From a virus, in IMG/VR virus record IMGVR_UViG_3300025102_007089, positions 16,614 to 80,613 of that record: a stretch of 64,000 nt of DNA; one strand, written 5' to 3'. Under the pieces are notes generated by a model. That model saw only the letters and a program-made list of their open reading frames with translations, did no database searches and was not told where the DNA came from. The position numbers were made by a program, and so were the translations under genes. This document shows, one piece after another, positions 39,888-49,828 of this stretch; position 1 is the first letter of the stretch, and every line of letters starts with the position of its first letter.

Positions 39888-40808
39888 TTATGCTTTTTCT
39901 AAATTTATTAAACAGGCAAATGCATTAATTTCTTTATCTACAACGAAAGCGCTCTTATAAAGATGATCTGCTATAGTAGCTATCATAGCTTTCTTTTTAA
40001 TATCTTCCATTTTTTGATCATAGATATAATCTAAAAGATTCGCTAACAACGTATCATAATCACCTTGAAATCTATCTTCATTTTCTATCAAGTACTTTCT
40101 TAATTCGAGAGACTTACCCGCGGCTAGTCCTTCGAAGCACTTAGATAACAACTCGTTATCAGACACGTTACTATCAATAGAGAGGACTGAATCAATAACG
40201 CTTTTTTGAAGCTCGTTAATCGTTTTCCGTAGATCGGGGAAGTAACGCTTGACGAGTTGTATAAACTTTTTCTTTTGCTCATCACTTATATTTACATTTT
40301 CTTGTTTTAGAATACTATAACATCTTTTAACAGCTTGCTCAAGAACAGGTTTAAGATCTAATGACTGACATCTTGATTGTATAGCAGGTATAATTTTATG
40401 CTTATAATTAGCTGTAATAATGAATCTACAATACTTAGCATACGTTTCCATAGTATTACGTAACGCAGCTTGTGCTTGTGCTGTTAATCCATCTCCCTCA
40501 TCTAATATAACTACTTTTACACCACCATCAAATGACTTAGTTTGAGCAAAATTAGTGATATTATGTCTAATAGTATCGATACCAGACTCATCAGAAGCAT
40601 TAATATAAAGGTAATTACATCCGAGAATATCGTTAACAATAACTCTAGCAAGGGTGGTCTTACCAGTACCAGGATTACCAACAAAAAGAAGATTAGGTAT
40701 TTCATTTTTAAACCCTTTAATAATATTAAGAGTACGCTCATCTAGAATAATATCATCTAGCTTAGAAGGTCGATATTTTTCGACCCATATTTTATCAAAT
40801 TCAATCAT
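39888..40808 (-). CDS. gp44: Clamp loader ATPase subunit (gp44/RFC-like)
   Basis: WVEKYRP, GNPGTGKT, INASD, ILDEGD, AQAALR, SRC. Confidence 0.95.
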   Translation of the reverse strand: MIEFDKIWVEKYRPSKLDDIILDERTLNIIKGFKNEIPNLLFVGNPGTGKTTLARVIVNDILGCNYLYINASDESGIDTIRHNITNFAQTKSFDGGVKVVILDEGDGLTAQAQAALRNTMETYAKYCRFIITANYKHKIIPAIQSRCQSLDLKPVLEQAVKRCYSILKQENVNISDEQKKKFIQLVKRYFPDLRKTINELQKSVIDSVLSIDSNVSDNELLSKCFEGLAAGKSLELRKYLIENEDRFQGDYDTLLANLLDYIYDQKMEDIKKKAMIATIADHLYKSAFVVDKEINAFACLINLEKA

Positions 40809-40810
40809 AA

Positions 40811-41233
40811 TTAACGACCAGATGAACCAAATCCTTTTTCACCTCTCTGACTTTCAATAATTTCACTTTCACTAGTCTCTACAGTATAGTTTCTATACAC
40901 AACAAATTGAGCAATACGATCACCTGCCTTAACCTCATAATCTTTATCAGTAAAATTATATAATTTAATTCCAGCATCTCCACGGTAGCCTTGATCTATA
41001 ATACCGGGATGAGGAAAGATACCATGCTTAAATCCTAAACCCGATCTACCTTCAACCTTTACCCAAAATCCAAAAGATATATAAGCAAATTTTAAACCTA
41101 CATCTACTACAGCAGAGCCTTTAGCAGGAATAGTAATATCCACTACCGAAGAAACATCTAATCCAGTATCGTTATCATGATTCTTACGGGGTAGAACTGC
41201 TTTATCGTTCGTTTTCTTAAACTTAAGTTCCAT
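40811..41233 (-). CDS. dut: dUTPase (trimeric)
   Basis: GLD, RSG, GIIDQGYRG, GDRIAQ, RGEKGFGSSG. Start set at the second ATG (41233), 6 nt after TTGATA-N16-TATAAT. Confidence 0.93.
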   Translation of the reverse strand: MELKFKKTNDKAVLPRKNHDNDTGLDVSSVVDITIPAKGSAVVDVGLKFAYISFGFWVKVEGRSGLGFKHGIFPHPGIIDQGYRGDAGIKLYNFTDKDYEVKAGDRIAQFVVYRNYTVETSESEIIESQRGEKGFGSSGR

Positions 41234-41283
41234 ACTCATATTATATAAATACTAAAAAATATATCAACTGAATAAATATATAC

Positions 41284-41727
41284 GTGGACGAAGATCTTAA
41301 TGATGCTGTTGATGATATTATTACCCAGTTAAAGGGTAATAAAAAGGTATCTCATAAGATTGAGGAGGAAGTTTTAAGTAAAGAAGATTTAGAGGATTTT
41401 TTAATTGAAAAGAGTAGTAAACTTATTAATAAATCTCTTAATATAGTGGATAATGTAAACGATTATATTAGTTCTGCTCCAGAAAATCGTGATGTTGCAG
41501 CTATGGCTGAACTTATTAAAGCTACTTCTTCTTCTATAGAAACATTAAACAAGTTACATACTGCTAAAGAGCGAAATGAGACTCAATTAGAAGTTAAAAA
41601 GATAGATGTTCAGAGTAAAGAACGAATTAGTATAGCAGACAATCAAACTAAAGTTCTACTTTCTAGAGAAGATATTATGTCAGCTCTAATAGAGGGCGAT
41701 GATAAGAGCGATGTTATAGATGTTTAA
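41284..41727 (+). CDS. Hypothetical protein, possible terminase small subunit (gp16-like)
   Basis: Helical 147 aa late ORF; R.V..MAELIKA.S..IE.L..L pattern is reminiscent of gp16. Confidence 0.4.
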   Translation: MDEDLNDAVDDIITQLKGNKKVSHKIEEEVLSKEDLEDFLIEKSSKLINKSLNIVDNVNDYISSAPENRDVAAMAELIKATSSSIETLNKLHTAKERNETQLEVKKIDVQSKERISIADNQTKVLLSREDIMSALIEGDDKSDVIDV

Positions 41728-42749
41728 TCGGTAATAGGTTCTTCTTTAACTTCTTCCCCACTACCTAATTGACCTTCAACAGTGTTAACTGTAAATATCT
41801 TATCATCATCACCTTCTATCTTAAACGTAAACTCCTTACGCTTATCTGATTCATATTGATTACCTATAAGATCAGTCTCTATTTCTGTTTCTTTAATTTC
41901 AATCTCTTCTATACCCTCTTCAGTATAAGATCTAGACATATAAATTAATTTTTTATCTACTGCAGCTCTTCTTGATTTAGCTTTATTCTTTTCGCTATCA
42001 AAATAATTTATTAAGCGATAAAACTTATAAACTTCAAAATCTTCTTCTCCTAAAAATTCTTTAACCTTATCAAAAATATCCTCACTTATTTCTTGGGCTA
42101 CTTTAAAGAATTCTACATCTGCTACCCCATAACACCCATGTGATCTAGTATTAAAACCATCAACTTGTTCTTCTTCTTTTCTTAAATCTTGAGATTTATC
42201 AATAAATGGTAAAGTATTATCAATATCAGTTAAATGTAAAGATGCATTATTAACTACATCTGATGTACTAGCAGTAGCAATACTTATTAAACCGTTTATA
42301 AAGGAAGTAGATTTATTAGAAGTTAAAAGGGCGTTATTAAAAGCTACCCCACCATCTTTAAAAAGTGGAACTGTAGTATTAGATCTTGCAAGATTACCAT
42401 TAGTACCTAAGGTATCGCTGTTTACCTTAAAGAACCTTTTTACTTCTCCAGGAGGCCTAGCTAACGAAATAGCATTAGCTGCTAAAGGTCCTGTAAAGAG
42501 TAATGATTTGTAATATTCAATAGATTCTATACTTATTTCTTTACCCTCTTTATCTATTTTATTAATAAATTTTTCTAATTGACTAATACCTATGTGATAG
42601 ATTTTTTTAAACTCTTCCATGAATTCCTTATCTTTATCTGAAAAAGCTTCTACTACTTCTTTCTCAATAAGTTCATCAAATTGTTCCTTAGTTCTTAATA
42701 AAGCTCTAAGAATTTCTACATTTTTAGTTATTTGTGGTTCGTCAGCCAT
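41724..42749 (-). CDS. Hypothetical baseplate-region protein
   Basis: Coupled to the upstream hub gene. Confidence 0.6.
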   Translation of the reverse strand: MADEPQITKNVEILRALLRTKEQFDELIEKEVVEAFSDKDKEFMEEFKKIYHIGISQLEKFINKIDKEGKEISIESIEYYKSLLFTGPLAANAISLARPPGEVKRFFKVNSDTLGTNGNLARSNTTVPLFKDGGVAFNNALLTSNKSTSFINGLISIATASTSDVVNNASLHLTDIDNTLPFIDKSQDLRKEEEQVDGFNTRSHGCYGVADVEFFKVAQEISEDIFDKVKEFLGEEDFEVYKFYRLINYFDSEKNKAKSRRAAVDKKLIYMSRSYTEEGIEEIEIKETEIETDLIGNQYESDKRKEFTFKIEGDDDKIFTVNTVEGQLGSGEEVKEEPITD

Positions 42750-44074
42750 TAGTCTATATCATCATCTATTTCAGTTCCAGGTCCTACATAAGTCTTTACA
42801 CATTGTATACTATTATGATATGTATCTCCTAAAAATTTATGCCTACACTTAGTAACTAGCCACCGACCAAGTAATTTTTTATCTACATCTACAGGATCAT
42901 CTGTTCTATAAATATCAATAAATTTACCAGCCGATCTATCAGTATCACCTAAAACTCCTATATTAAGAGTTAAATTATAAAATACTAAATTTGAAGTCAT
43001 TTCTGCTTCTGAAAGATTAGAAGTTTTTTGAAGAGAAAAAGGAGTACTTATAGTTCTAAACATTTCTTCTTTCTTATGCTTGTTTAAAGGTAAGAAAGGT
43101 TTGGGCTTACCACCTGTACTCTTAAAAACATCTACAAAGCTCTTAGTCCATTTCTCTTTTACCTCTTTTATTCTTTTTTCTCTCATTCCATGTTCTCCTA
43201 AAATTGGATCATAGCCTACAGATAAAAAATTCATAAAAAATTCATTGCTATAATCAAGCATAGGTGTAGTAAAATTTGTTTGAGGTAACTGAGTTTTATA
43301 TACATTTACCTCTGCGTCTGGAGGGGGATTATTCTTGTTAGGTTTTATCTTATCAACTAAGTCATTAGCTGCAAACCCTTCTAAAATATTGTCTTTATTT
43401 TCTTTAAATATTTTCGTTAACGGAGTTAAATTATATTTTTTAGCTTCTCTATCGAATCGTAAAAAAGATCTTGTAACTATATCTTCATCTTCAAAGTAAT
43501 AAATTTGAAGAAGATATTTTATAAGATCTGAATATCTAAAAGATGTAGGGGGTAAAATATGCTCAGGGAATATATCAATAGAATGAGAGCCTGGTTCAAA
43601 GTTTTCTTCATCTATTATATCTTCCCCTAAAATATCTTTTAATATTTGTTTAATTATATCACCTACCAATCCTCTAAATCTAGTACCATAAGGTATAACT
43701 TCATTTAGTTTAAAATACTTATCATCTAACAAGCTATATATTTTATAATTACCACCTCTATCTCTCTTAGCTGGGCTATTAACTTCATCGTTTAAAACAA
43801 AATTATATTCGAGCTTTTTACCACCCTGTTTATTTTTGAGTGAAAATGTAAACGTATCACGCCCATCACCTCTTGTTACTATATTATTATCAATAAAATC
43901 GTAAGGATTATTAATCATAATTTGAGCATTTTGAAAAGGCTCAAGTAAATTCTCACTCAAATCAAGAAGCTTTATCGCTGATTTAGTAAAACTTTGCTTA
44001 GTTTCTCCTTCAGCATCCTTTAAAAGAAACTCACACTCATAATCAGCTCCATTAATTTTAAAAACTTCACTCAT
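42749..44074 (-). CDS. Baseplate hub/tail protein (gp27-like)
   Basis: C-terminal GDT.R.AGKFI.I...LLGRWLVTKCRHKF typical of hub proteins. Confidence 0.6.
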   Translation of the reverse strand: MSEVFKINGADYECEFLLKDAEGETKQSFTKSAIKLLDLSENLLEPFQNAQIMINNPYDFIDNNIVTRGDGRDTFTFSLKNKQGGKKLEYNFVLNDEVNSPAKRDRGGNYKIYSLLDDKYFKLNEVIPYGTRFRGLVGDIIKQILKDILGEDIIDEENFEPGSHSIDIFPEHILPPTSFRYSDLIKYLLQIYYFEDEDIVTRSFLRFDREAKKYNLTPLTKIFKENKDNILEGFAANDLVDKIKPNKNNPPPDAEVNVYKTQLPQTNFTTPMLDYSNEFFMNFLSVGYDPILGEHGMREKRIKEVKEKWTKSFVDVFKSTGGKPKPFLPLNKHKKEEMFRTISTPFSLQKTSNLSEAEMTSNLVFYNLTLNIGVLGDTDRSAGKFIDIYRTDDPVDVDKKLLGRWLVTKCRHKFLGDTYHNSIQCVKTYVGPGTEIDDDID

Positions 44075-44484
44075 TAGAAATGTCTATTATCGAAGACAGT
44101 ACTTTCAGTAATATTATTATACACTAGTGTTCTGAATTCTGGTTTAATAAATGATACTTGTGTACCTCCTTTTAGAAAGAAACTCTTACCTATAGTTTTC
44201 TTATTCACGAGATATATTAACCACCAGCTATCTATATCACCGTAAATATTAAAGGAAGCAGTAGTAAGAGGTTCATTAGACTTAGCTGTATAAAGATCGA
44301 GTAAATCAGCTTGAAGATTTTCAGGAAATTCTATCTTATTTAAAATATTATAAAAATAAAATTGTTTATCTTTTGAAGCAGCAGTATGAACTTTGAATAT
44401 ACGCTCGTACCTTTCGATTGGTAAGCTAGATAAAGCTGGTATATCTTCTTGATACTCTCCTAATTTTCCAGTTAATTTTTTCAT
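44074..44484 (-). CDS. gp53: Baseplate wedge protein (gp53/LysM-like)
   Basis: E.LTTASFNIYGD..SWWLIYLVN motif. Confidence 0.7.
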   Translation of the reverse strand: MKKLTGKLGEYQEDIPALSSLPIERYERIFKVHTAASKDKQFYFYNILNKIEFPENLQADLLDLYTAKSNEPLTTASFNIYGDIDSWWLIYLVNKKTIGKSFFLKGGTQVSFIKPEFRTLVYNNITESTVFDNRHF

Positions 44485-45269
44485 ACTTTTTCTAAGAAGT
44501 TTGCAACTTCCACGGTTAGTGATCTAAATGTCATGCTACAATTAAAACCTTCAGGTACTATTTCATCTCCTATTTTTCTTCTAGTACCCAATAAATCAAA
44601 TGATAAATCTTGTAAATAAGCCCATTCTATGAATCTTAACCCTGGTACTTTTATTTTATAAATAGCTGGAAAACTCATAGCAATAGCATTTTCTCTCTCA
44701 GGTCTATTTATTTCTATAAATTTTTTAATAAACTCTATATTCTTATCTTTATCTCCTTCATCTATAGTATTAAGTAAGGGGAATTGAATTTGAAGTGGTG
44801 CATCAGTATTAGCGTACTGGTAAAATTTAGGCGTTTCAATATACGAGCCCGGTGTTTCAGACTGTCCTCCTTCAAGTGTACCTTGAAGCTCTCTTATAGT
44901 AGCTGCTACACCCATTATGTTTTCCGCTACATCCTTAAGTTTTTCTAGAGCGGCTCTTCCAACAGTAGCTTGCCCTCTATCAGTAACGTTAGATAATGTA
45001 TCAGCGTACTCATTACTAAAAGATCTAAAATTATCATTAAAGTAAGGGAAGTGATAGTCTTCTAATTTTTCTCCTTTGTATAAATTTTTATAAAACTCAT
45101 CAGCACTACCACCTTTCTTTACAACATTCATATAACCATCTACAGTTTGTTTGAGCTGTGAAGTTTTAAGTTTGTAAGCCCTAACATAAGCTAACGGGGC
45201 TTCATTACGAAGCTGTGAACCTTTAGGTGACGAGGTCCACGAGTAATCCTTTACTATATTAACGGCCAT
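44481..45269 (-). CDS. Baseplate/tail tube cap protein (gp48-like)
   Basis: Between tape measure and gp53; tube-like pattern QFPLLNT...FPAIY.I...SMTF. Confidence 0.5.
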   Translation of the reverse strand: MAVNIVKDYSWTSSPKGSQLRNEAPLAYVRAYKLKTSQLKQTVDGYMNVVKKGGSADEFYKNLYKGEKLEDYHFPYFNDNFRSFSNEYADTLSNVTDRGQATVGRAALEKLKDVAENIMGVAATIRELQGTLEGGQSETPGSYIETPKFYQYANTDAPLQIQFPLLNTIDEGDKDKNIEFIKKFIEINRPERENAIAMSFPAIYKIKVPGLRFIEWAYLQDLSFDLLGTRRKIGDEIVPEGFNCSMTFRSLTVEVANFLEKV

Positions 45270-45280
45270 ATATATATTTA

Positions 45281-47098
45281 TTACGCGACGCTAATACTAT
45301 ACGGAGATAAACTGTAATCTGCTCGAGAATCAGGTATTTCTCCATCGTTATTAATAGGTGATCTATTATTACCCGAATTCATAGTCATCGGCGAAGAGGA
45401 TTGTGTTTGTTTTTTAGCTGTTTCTAAATTTAAAATTTTCATTTCTGAATGAATAGCTTTTAAAAATGAGGCTTGCTGCTTATTAACTGACAACATTAGT
45501 TCATTAACGTGAACTAGTTTTTCCATTAACTTAGTTGAAAAATCAGGTAAAGTAATCTCTCGCGTTATATTAATATCCTTACCTTCTATTTCTACTGCAT
45601 CACTCTCATCATCATCTCCCTTAAAGAAATCAACTATACCACCTATAAACTTCTTTGCTCCACCTGCTATACCTTTTGCTATATCTAGAATTTTTCCAGG
45701 TATACCAAAAAGCATATCTTTAACAAAACCAAATATATTTTTTATTGTATCGAACGACGGAAAAGGTATATTTTCTCCTAGCCACGAACCTAAGTTTTTT
45801 ACAGCATTAAATACACCGTCAATGACACTTGTTATAGCGTTACCTACAAAACTAAAAGCATTTTTAGCAGTTTCTAGTATTTTTTCAAAACTAAAATTAC
45901 TAAACCATTCTTCAAAGAATTCAAAGATTGAATCTTTTATATTAATAAAAAACTGACCTATTTTGGATCCTATATCACTAATAAATTTCTTGATAGTACC
46001 AAAGCTTGGAAAGCTTATATTTGGTGGTTTTTCTACACCCTTTAAAAAATCAATTATAAATCCTACGCCATTAATCACCATATCAGCGCCTTTAGCTCCT
46101 AACCCGTATGCTAAAATAGATCTACCGAATAAAGTAAATCCTTCCTTAAAGTCACCTCTAAAAAAGGCTTGTAAAGACTCGTAACCTAATACTAAACCTC
46201 CAAATATTGGTAAGTTTCTTAAATTTTTGCTTATAAAGCCCCCTATCTTACTCGCTATATCTTTTAAGAACCCGCCTACCCCTTTTATTTTATTATCGAA
46301 TTTTTTACTACCATCTTCTTCAGTACCCATCAAATCTCTTGCAAGAATAATACCTTCTAGAGCCATACCTATTAAGAAGAATGGTGGTGGTAATATTCCC
46401 CCTAATCCTGCAAGTATCTCTAAAATACCTCCAAAGATATCACCCTCTTTAAACCGCATTATTGCAAAACCAAAGTTTATTAAAGAGCCTATAAAAGGAA
46501 TAAATTTTAAAACTTTAAATATTTTACCACCAACTTTACCAGCTATACCCATTAAAAATTTAGCTCCAGGCATTTTAGCTATTAATTTAGCTATTTTACC
46601 TTTACTAAAAAACTTGACTATATCATCTCCAACTTTAAACAGAAAATCAAAAACCGGTCCTAAAAATTTAAATGCTGCTAAAAGACGTTCTTGTAAAGGA
46701 GATAATTTATCTTTTAAGAACATAGCTAATGCTATAACTCCTGCTATTATTAATCCTATAGTACCTATTAAACCTAAACTAGCCTTTTTACCTGCTTTAG
46801 TCTGAGCTGCAGCTTTACCTGCAGGTGTGGAAGCATCTTGTTGAACATCTGTCTTTAAAGCGGTATCATCTTCATTAGCTTCTTTTACCTTCTGAAAAGT
46901 TTCGGCAAATATAGTAGCTACTTTTGTATAAAAAATCTTGTTAGTACCGGAATTTGGATCAGGTCTTTTTTGCCTTTTCCCGAAAGTAGATGCTTCACTT
47001 CTTATAACTTTTTCGCTAGTTTCCTCACCACTAACTTTAGCTGCGTCGTTTAAAGCACCTATTGCATCTCCTAAAAGCTCGTCATCGATTTCTGCCAT
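45281..47098 (-). CDS. Tape measure-like protein
   Basis: Long amphipathic G/F/I/K-rich repeats (KFIPFIGSLI, GDIFGGILE) in the tail cluster. Confidence 0.7.
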   Translation of the reverse strand: MAEIDDELLGDAIGALNDAAKVSGEETSEKVIRSEASTFGKRQKRPDPNSGTNKIFYTKVATIFAETFQKVKEANEDDTALKTDVQQDASTPAGKAAAQTKAGKKASLGLIGTIGLIIAGVIALAMFLKDKLSPLQERLLAAFKFLGPVFDFLFKVGDDIVKFFSKGKIAKLIAKMPGAKFLMGIAGKVGGKIFKVLKFIPFIGSLINFGFAIMRFKEGDIFGGILEILAGLGGILPPPFFLIGMALEGIILARDLMGTEEDGSKKFDNKIKGVGGFLKDIASKIGGFISKNLRNLPIFGGLVLGYESLQAFFRGDFKEGFTLFGRSILAYGLGAKGADMVINGVGFIIDFLKGVEKPPNISFPSFGTIKKFISDIGSKIGQFFINIKDSIFEFFEEWFSNFSFEKILETAKNAFSFVGNAITSVIDGVFNAVKNLGSWLGENIPFPSFDTIKNIFGFVKDMLFGIPGKILDIAKGIAGGAKKFIGGIVDFFKGDDDESDAVEIEGKDINITREITLPDFSTKLMEKLVHVNELMLSVNKQQASFLKAIHSEMKILNLETAKKQTQSSSPMTMNSGNNRSPINNDGEIPDSRADYSLSPYSISVA

Positions 47099-47112
47099 TT
47101 ACCTACATATAT

Positions 47113-47850
47113 TTAGGTAGTAGCATCGAAAAAGGAGGGGTCTAAGGTAATAGTTTTATCGTTAACAGTTAATACACTCTTAATGTAGCTATCGATACTG
47201 TTAAAAAATTTAGATAATTCTTTATAAACTGAAAGGGGTAAATTTTCCACCACTTTAGTTCTATCAGCTATTTTTAAATCTTCAAATTTTAATGAATAGT
47301 CTTCTCCAATATCTACTTCTTCAATATACTTTATAAGTTCAAAGAGATAAATTATACCGAAACTATCACTAGTAGAGGCGGTTTTTTTCTTTTCAACATC
47401 TGCAATACATTTTGCTAAGATAGTTGATTCTTCTTTAAGGGTAGGTATTTTAAGCTTTAAGACAATATTACCATTTTTAACTACATGTTTAGTTTTAAAA
47501 TTAACTTTAACTTTTTTTATGTTATCTATAAAATCATTTATATTCAACTTTTCCTCTTCAACTACTATATCATCACCGAGAGATAACTGACGCAGTTTAA
47601 GCAGGATTGCTGGTTTATCAACTATAGAAAGGTTTTTCTTATCAGAGTTTGCAAGAATAATATCATTTATAATTTTAGCAAACTCTACTGCACCCTTAAT
47701 TCCATCAACTGCAGTAGATAAGATATCTTTTTGTTGTTTAAGGGTAAGTTGTTTTACTGTTACTTTACCGTCTTTAAAACTATCGTAACTAATAGTATCA
47801 ATATTATCCTCTTTTAACTTATTTAAAAACCCCTCTGGTAAGCTTGACAT
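47113..47850 (-). CDS. Baseplate hub assembly protein (gp26-like)
   Basis: VKQLTLKQQK.IL...LSIVDK..ILLKLR..SLG, LK.PTL, DPSFF. Confidence 0.65.
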   Translation of the reverse strand: MSSLPEGFLNKLKEDNIDTISYDSFKDGKVTVKQLTLKQQKDILSTAVDGIKGAVEFAKIINDIILANSDKKNLSIVDKPAILLKLRQLSLGDDIVVEEEKLNINDFIDNIKKVKVNFKTKHVVKNGNIVLKLKIPTLKEESTILAKCIADVEKKKTASTSDSFGIIYLFELIKYIEEVDIGEDYSLKFEDLKIADRTKVVENLPLSVYKELSKFFNSIDSYIKSVLTVNDKTITLDPSFFDATT

Positions 47851-47872
47851 GTCTATATTTACTTAGTAAATT

Positions 47873-48640
47873 TTAAAATCCATCTAAAGTAGGATCATTA
47901 GCACCCTTACTTTCTTCTGTTTCTTTAACATATAAATTAATATAGTCTTCAATATCGACTAATGTACATTGCGTAGTAATGTATGATATATCGTGCATTC
48001 GTTTACTTAATGTAAAAACATGCTGTCGATAAGTATGGGGAGTTAAAACTGTAAAAATATTTTTTAAAAACATTATAAGATCTGTAGATAGATATCTAAC
48101 GATGTTATTATTTCCCTTAGCTAGAAAGCTGATCTGTAAGTTATTTTGATTACTTGTTCTAAAGTTTTTAACTTCTTTTAATATATTTTGAGGTATATAA
48201 TTAAGTAAAACATCTTTTGAATTTTTATCTAAACTATCTAAGATAACCTTTTCTGAATCTATTTGAATACTTTTAATTAAAGATGTTTCATCATTATCAT
48301 AGTAACAAAAATTAGTAGGGTAGTCTAATTCAATTATTAAATCATTTTTTACAATTTGCTTTTCAATATCTATAACTTCTTCAAGCTCAGATAGAAATAT
48401 ATTAATATCTAAAGCATAATCTGATAAATTTATTAAGCTACCTAAGCATGTCTCCCTAAGATAGAAAAGCGAATAAAGCTTTTCAATTAAATTTAAATTT
48501 TTTGTAATAATAAAACTTTCAAGTTTTTTAACTATAGTTTTTAAATCATTACCTAAATGATAAAAGTCTAAAGTATCTTTTAAAGTAACAGGTTTAAGTT
48601 CTACTATTTTTTTATTAAAAGGTAAAACTAAATGATACAT
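47873..48640 (-). CDS. gp26/gp51-like hub assembly protein
   Basis: LKPVTLK...LNLIEK..SLFYLR..CLG, LDYP; paralog-like to the neighbouring gene. Confidence 0.5.
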   Translation of the reverse strand: MYHLVLPFNKKIVELKPVTLKDTLDFYHLGNDLKTIVKKLESFIITKNLNLIEKLYSLFYLRETCLGSLINLSDYALDINIFLSELEEVIDIEKQIVKNDLIIELDYPTNFCYYDNDETSLIKSIQIDSEKVILDSLDKNSKDVLLNYIPQNILKEVKNFRTSNQNNLQISFLAKGNNNIVRYLSTDLIMFLKNIFTVLTPHTYRQHVFTLSKRMHDISYITTQCTLVDIEDYINLYVKETEESKGANDPTLDGF

Positions 48641-48649
48641 CTAAAATAA

Positions 48650-49240
48650 TTATAATTGTTTATAATTTTTACAAGCAAACGTTACCGACTTTTCAATGAA
48701 GTCATCACTATCATGACTAACTGTATAGCCCTCTACAGCTGTAGGAAAAGCATCTTCAAATATATAACCTTTCCTCATAGAACCCTGATTATTATATTGT
48801 TTGACTACTATATTAGTTTTTAAGCCAAAGTTAATTAACCCATCTATTCCTAATGCAATCATCCATGGTCTCATAAAACCATGTTCAATATCATCTTCAG
48901 TTTCTAAAAAATTTATACTAAATGATCTAGTTAAAAAATCGTTTCTTTCAATTAATGAATACCCCGGTAAAAAACCTCCTCTATTGTTTACACTTTGTGG
49001 AGCAAATACACTTGATTCTTGAGGAGTAGTTACCGATCTTGCTACTAATATAGCTCCTCCTTTTGTTAGTAAGCTTGGTTGAACGTTAGCTGACCAATTT
49101 TCATTACCCTTTTGTAGAGCAGAATTAATAGCTCCAGATAAATCACCATCTATAGATACTTTCCATAGAAAGGGGTTAGATACGAAATATCGACTTTCAG
49201 AACTAAATGCCTGAAGAAAGTCTGAAGAGCCATTTGCCAT
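48650..49240 (-). CDS. Tail tube-like protein (gp54/gp19 family)
   Basis: FSINFLET...FMRPW...YIFEDAFPT...SVTF. Confidence 0.65.
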   Translation of the reverse strand: MANGSSDFLQAFSSESRYFVSNPFLWKVSIDGDLSGAINSALQKGNENWSANVQPSLLTKGGAILVARSVTTPQESSVFAPQSVNNRGGFLPGYSLIERNDFLTRSFSINFLETEDDIEHGFMRPWMIALGIDGLINFGLKTNIVVKQYNNQGSMRKGYIFEDAFPTAVEGYTVSHDSDDFIEKSVTFACKNYKQL

Positions 49241-49271
49241 AATAATATTTATGGCTAAAAGCTAAGAACGT

Positions 49272-49805
49272 TTAGCTAAAGTTTCTATAGAAGTGATAAG
49301 CGAATGTTACTGAGAAGTTTAAAATCTCTCCAGTACCTTCAGCGATAGAATAATCAACAGCATTAATATCTCTTAAAGATGCTCCAACTAATTCAATTGA
49401 TTGGATTACGTTTAACTCTTTGTTAATTACATCAAGGTTAATAACTGACTCATCACCGGGCATACCATACTGACCTGTAGAAGTCTCGTTATCAAATACA
49501 TTTCGCGACGCTAGTTCGAACTTAGATCTAAGATCAATTCCTTCATCATGATAAAACTCTATAGAATAAGCTTCTGATCCCGGGTAAGTTGATTTACCAG
49601 GAATATTAAATGCTTGACCATAATAATTAACAACTTTATTTTCAATGTTTCTACCTGGGAGTTGAGCTGATCTAGCATAAACTAAATCAGTATCTCCGTC
49701 AAATGTTACACCTTCAATATTAATTTGTTTTACTCTAAATAGAAAATCTCGAGCAAATTGCTTATCTGCTGCCCTTGAAAAGAAGTTTTGAATTGTTGTC
49801 GCCAT
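49272..49805 (-). CDS. gp19: Tail tube protein gp19
   Basis: ARDFLFRV, RSAQLPG, Y.G...IPG, FSVTFAY; directly downstream of the sheath gene. Confidence 0.85.
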   Translation of the reverse strand: MATTIQNFFSRAADKQFARDFLFRVKQINIEGVTFDGDTDLVYARSAQLPGRNIENKVVNYYGQAFNIPGKSTYPGSEAYSIEFYHDEGIDLRSKFELASRNVFDNETSTGQYGMPGDESVINLDVINKELNVIQSIELVGASLRDINAVDYSIAEGTGEILNFSVTFAYHFYRNFS

Positions 49806-49828
49806 AATAGTATTTAATTAAAAAAGTG

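Noticed and set aside
46227-46805. 192-aa + strand ORF and similar antisense ORFs (21879, 22566, 1735, 5303, 8092, 61718 and others)
   Set aside because: Shadow ORFs opposite well-supported genes, with no promoter or recognisable motifs.
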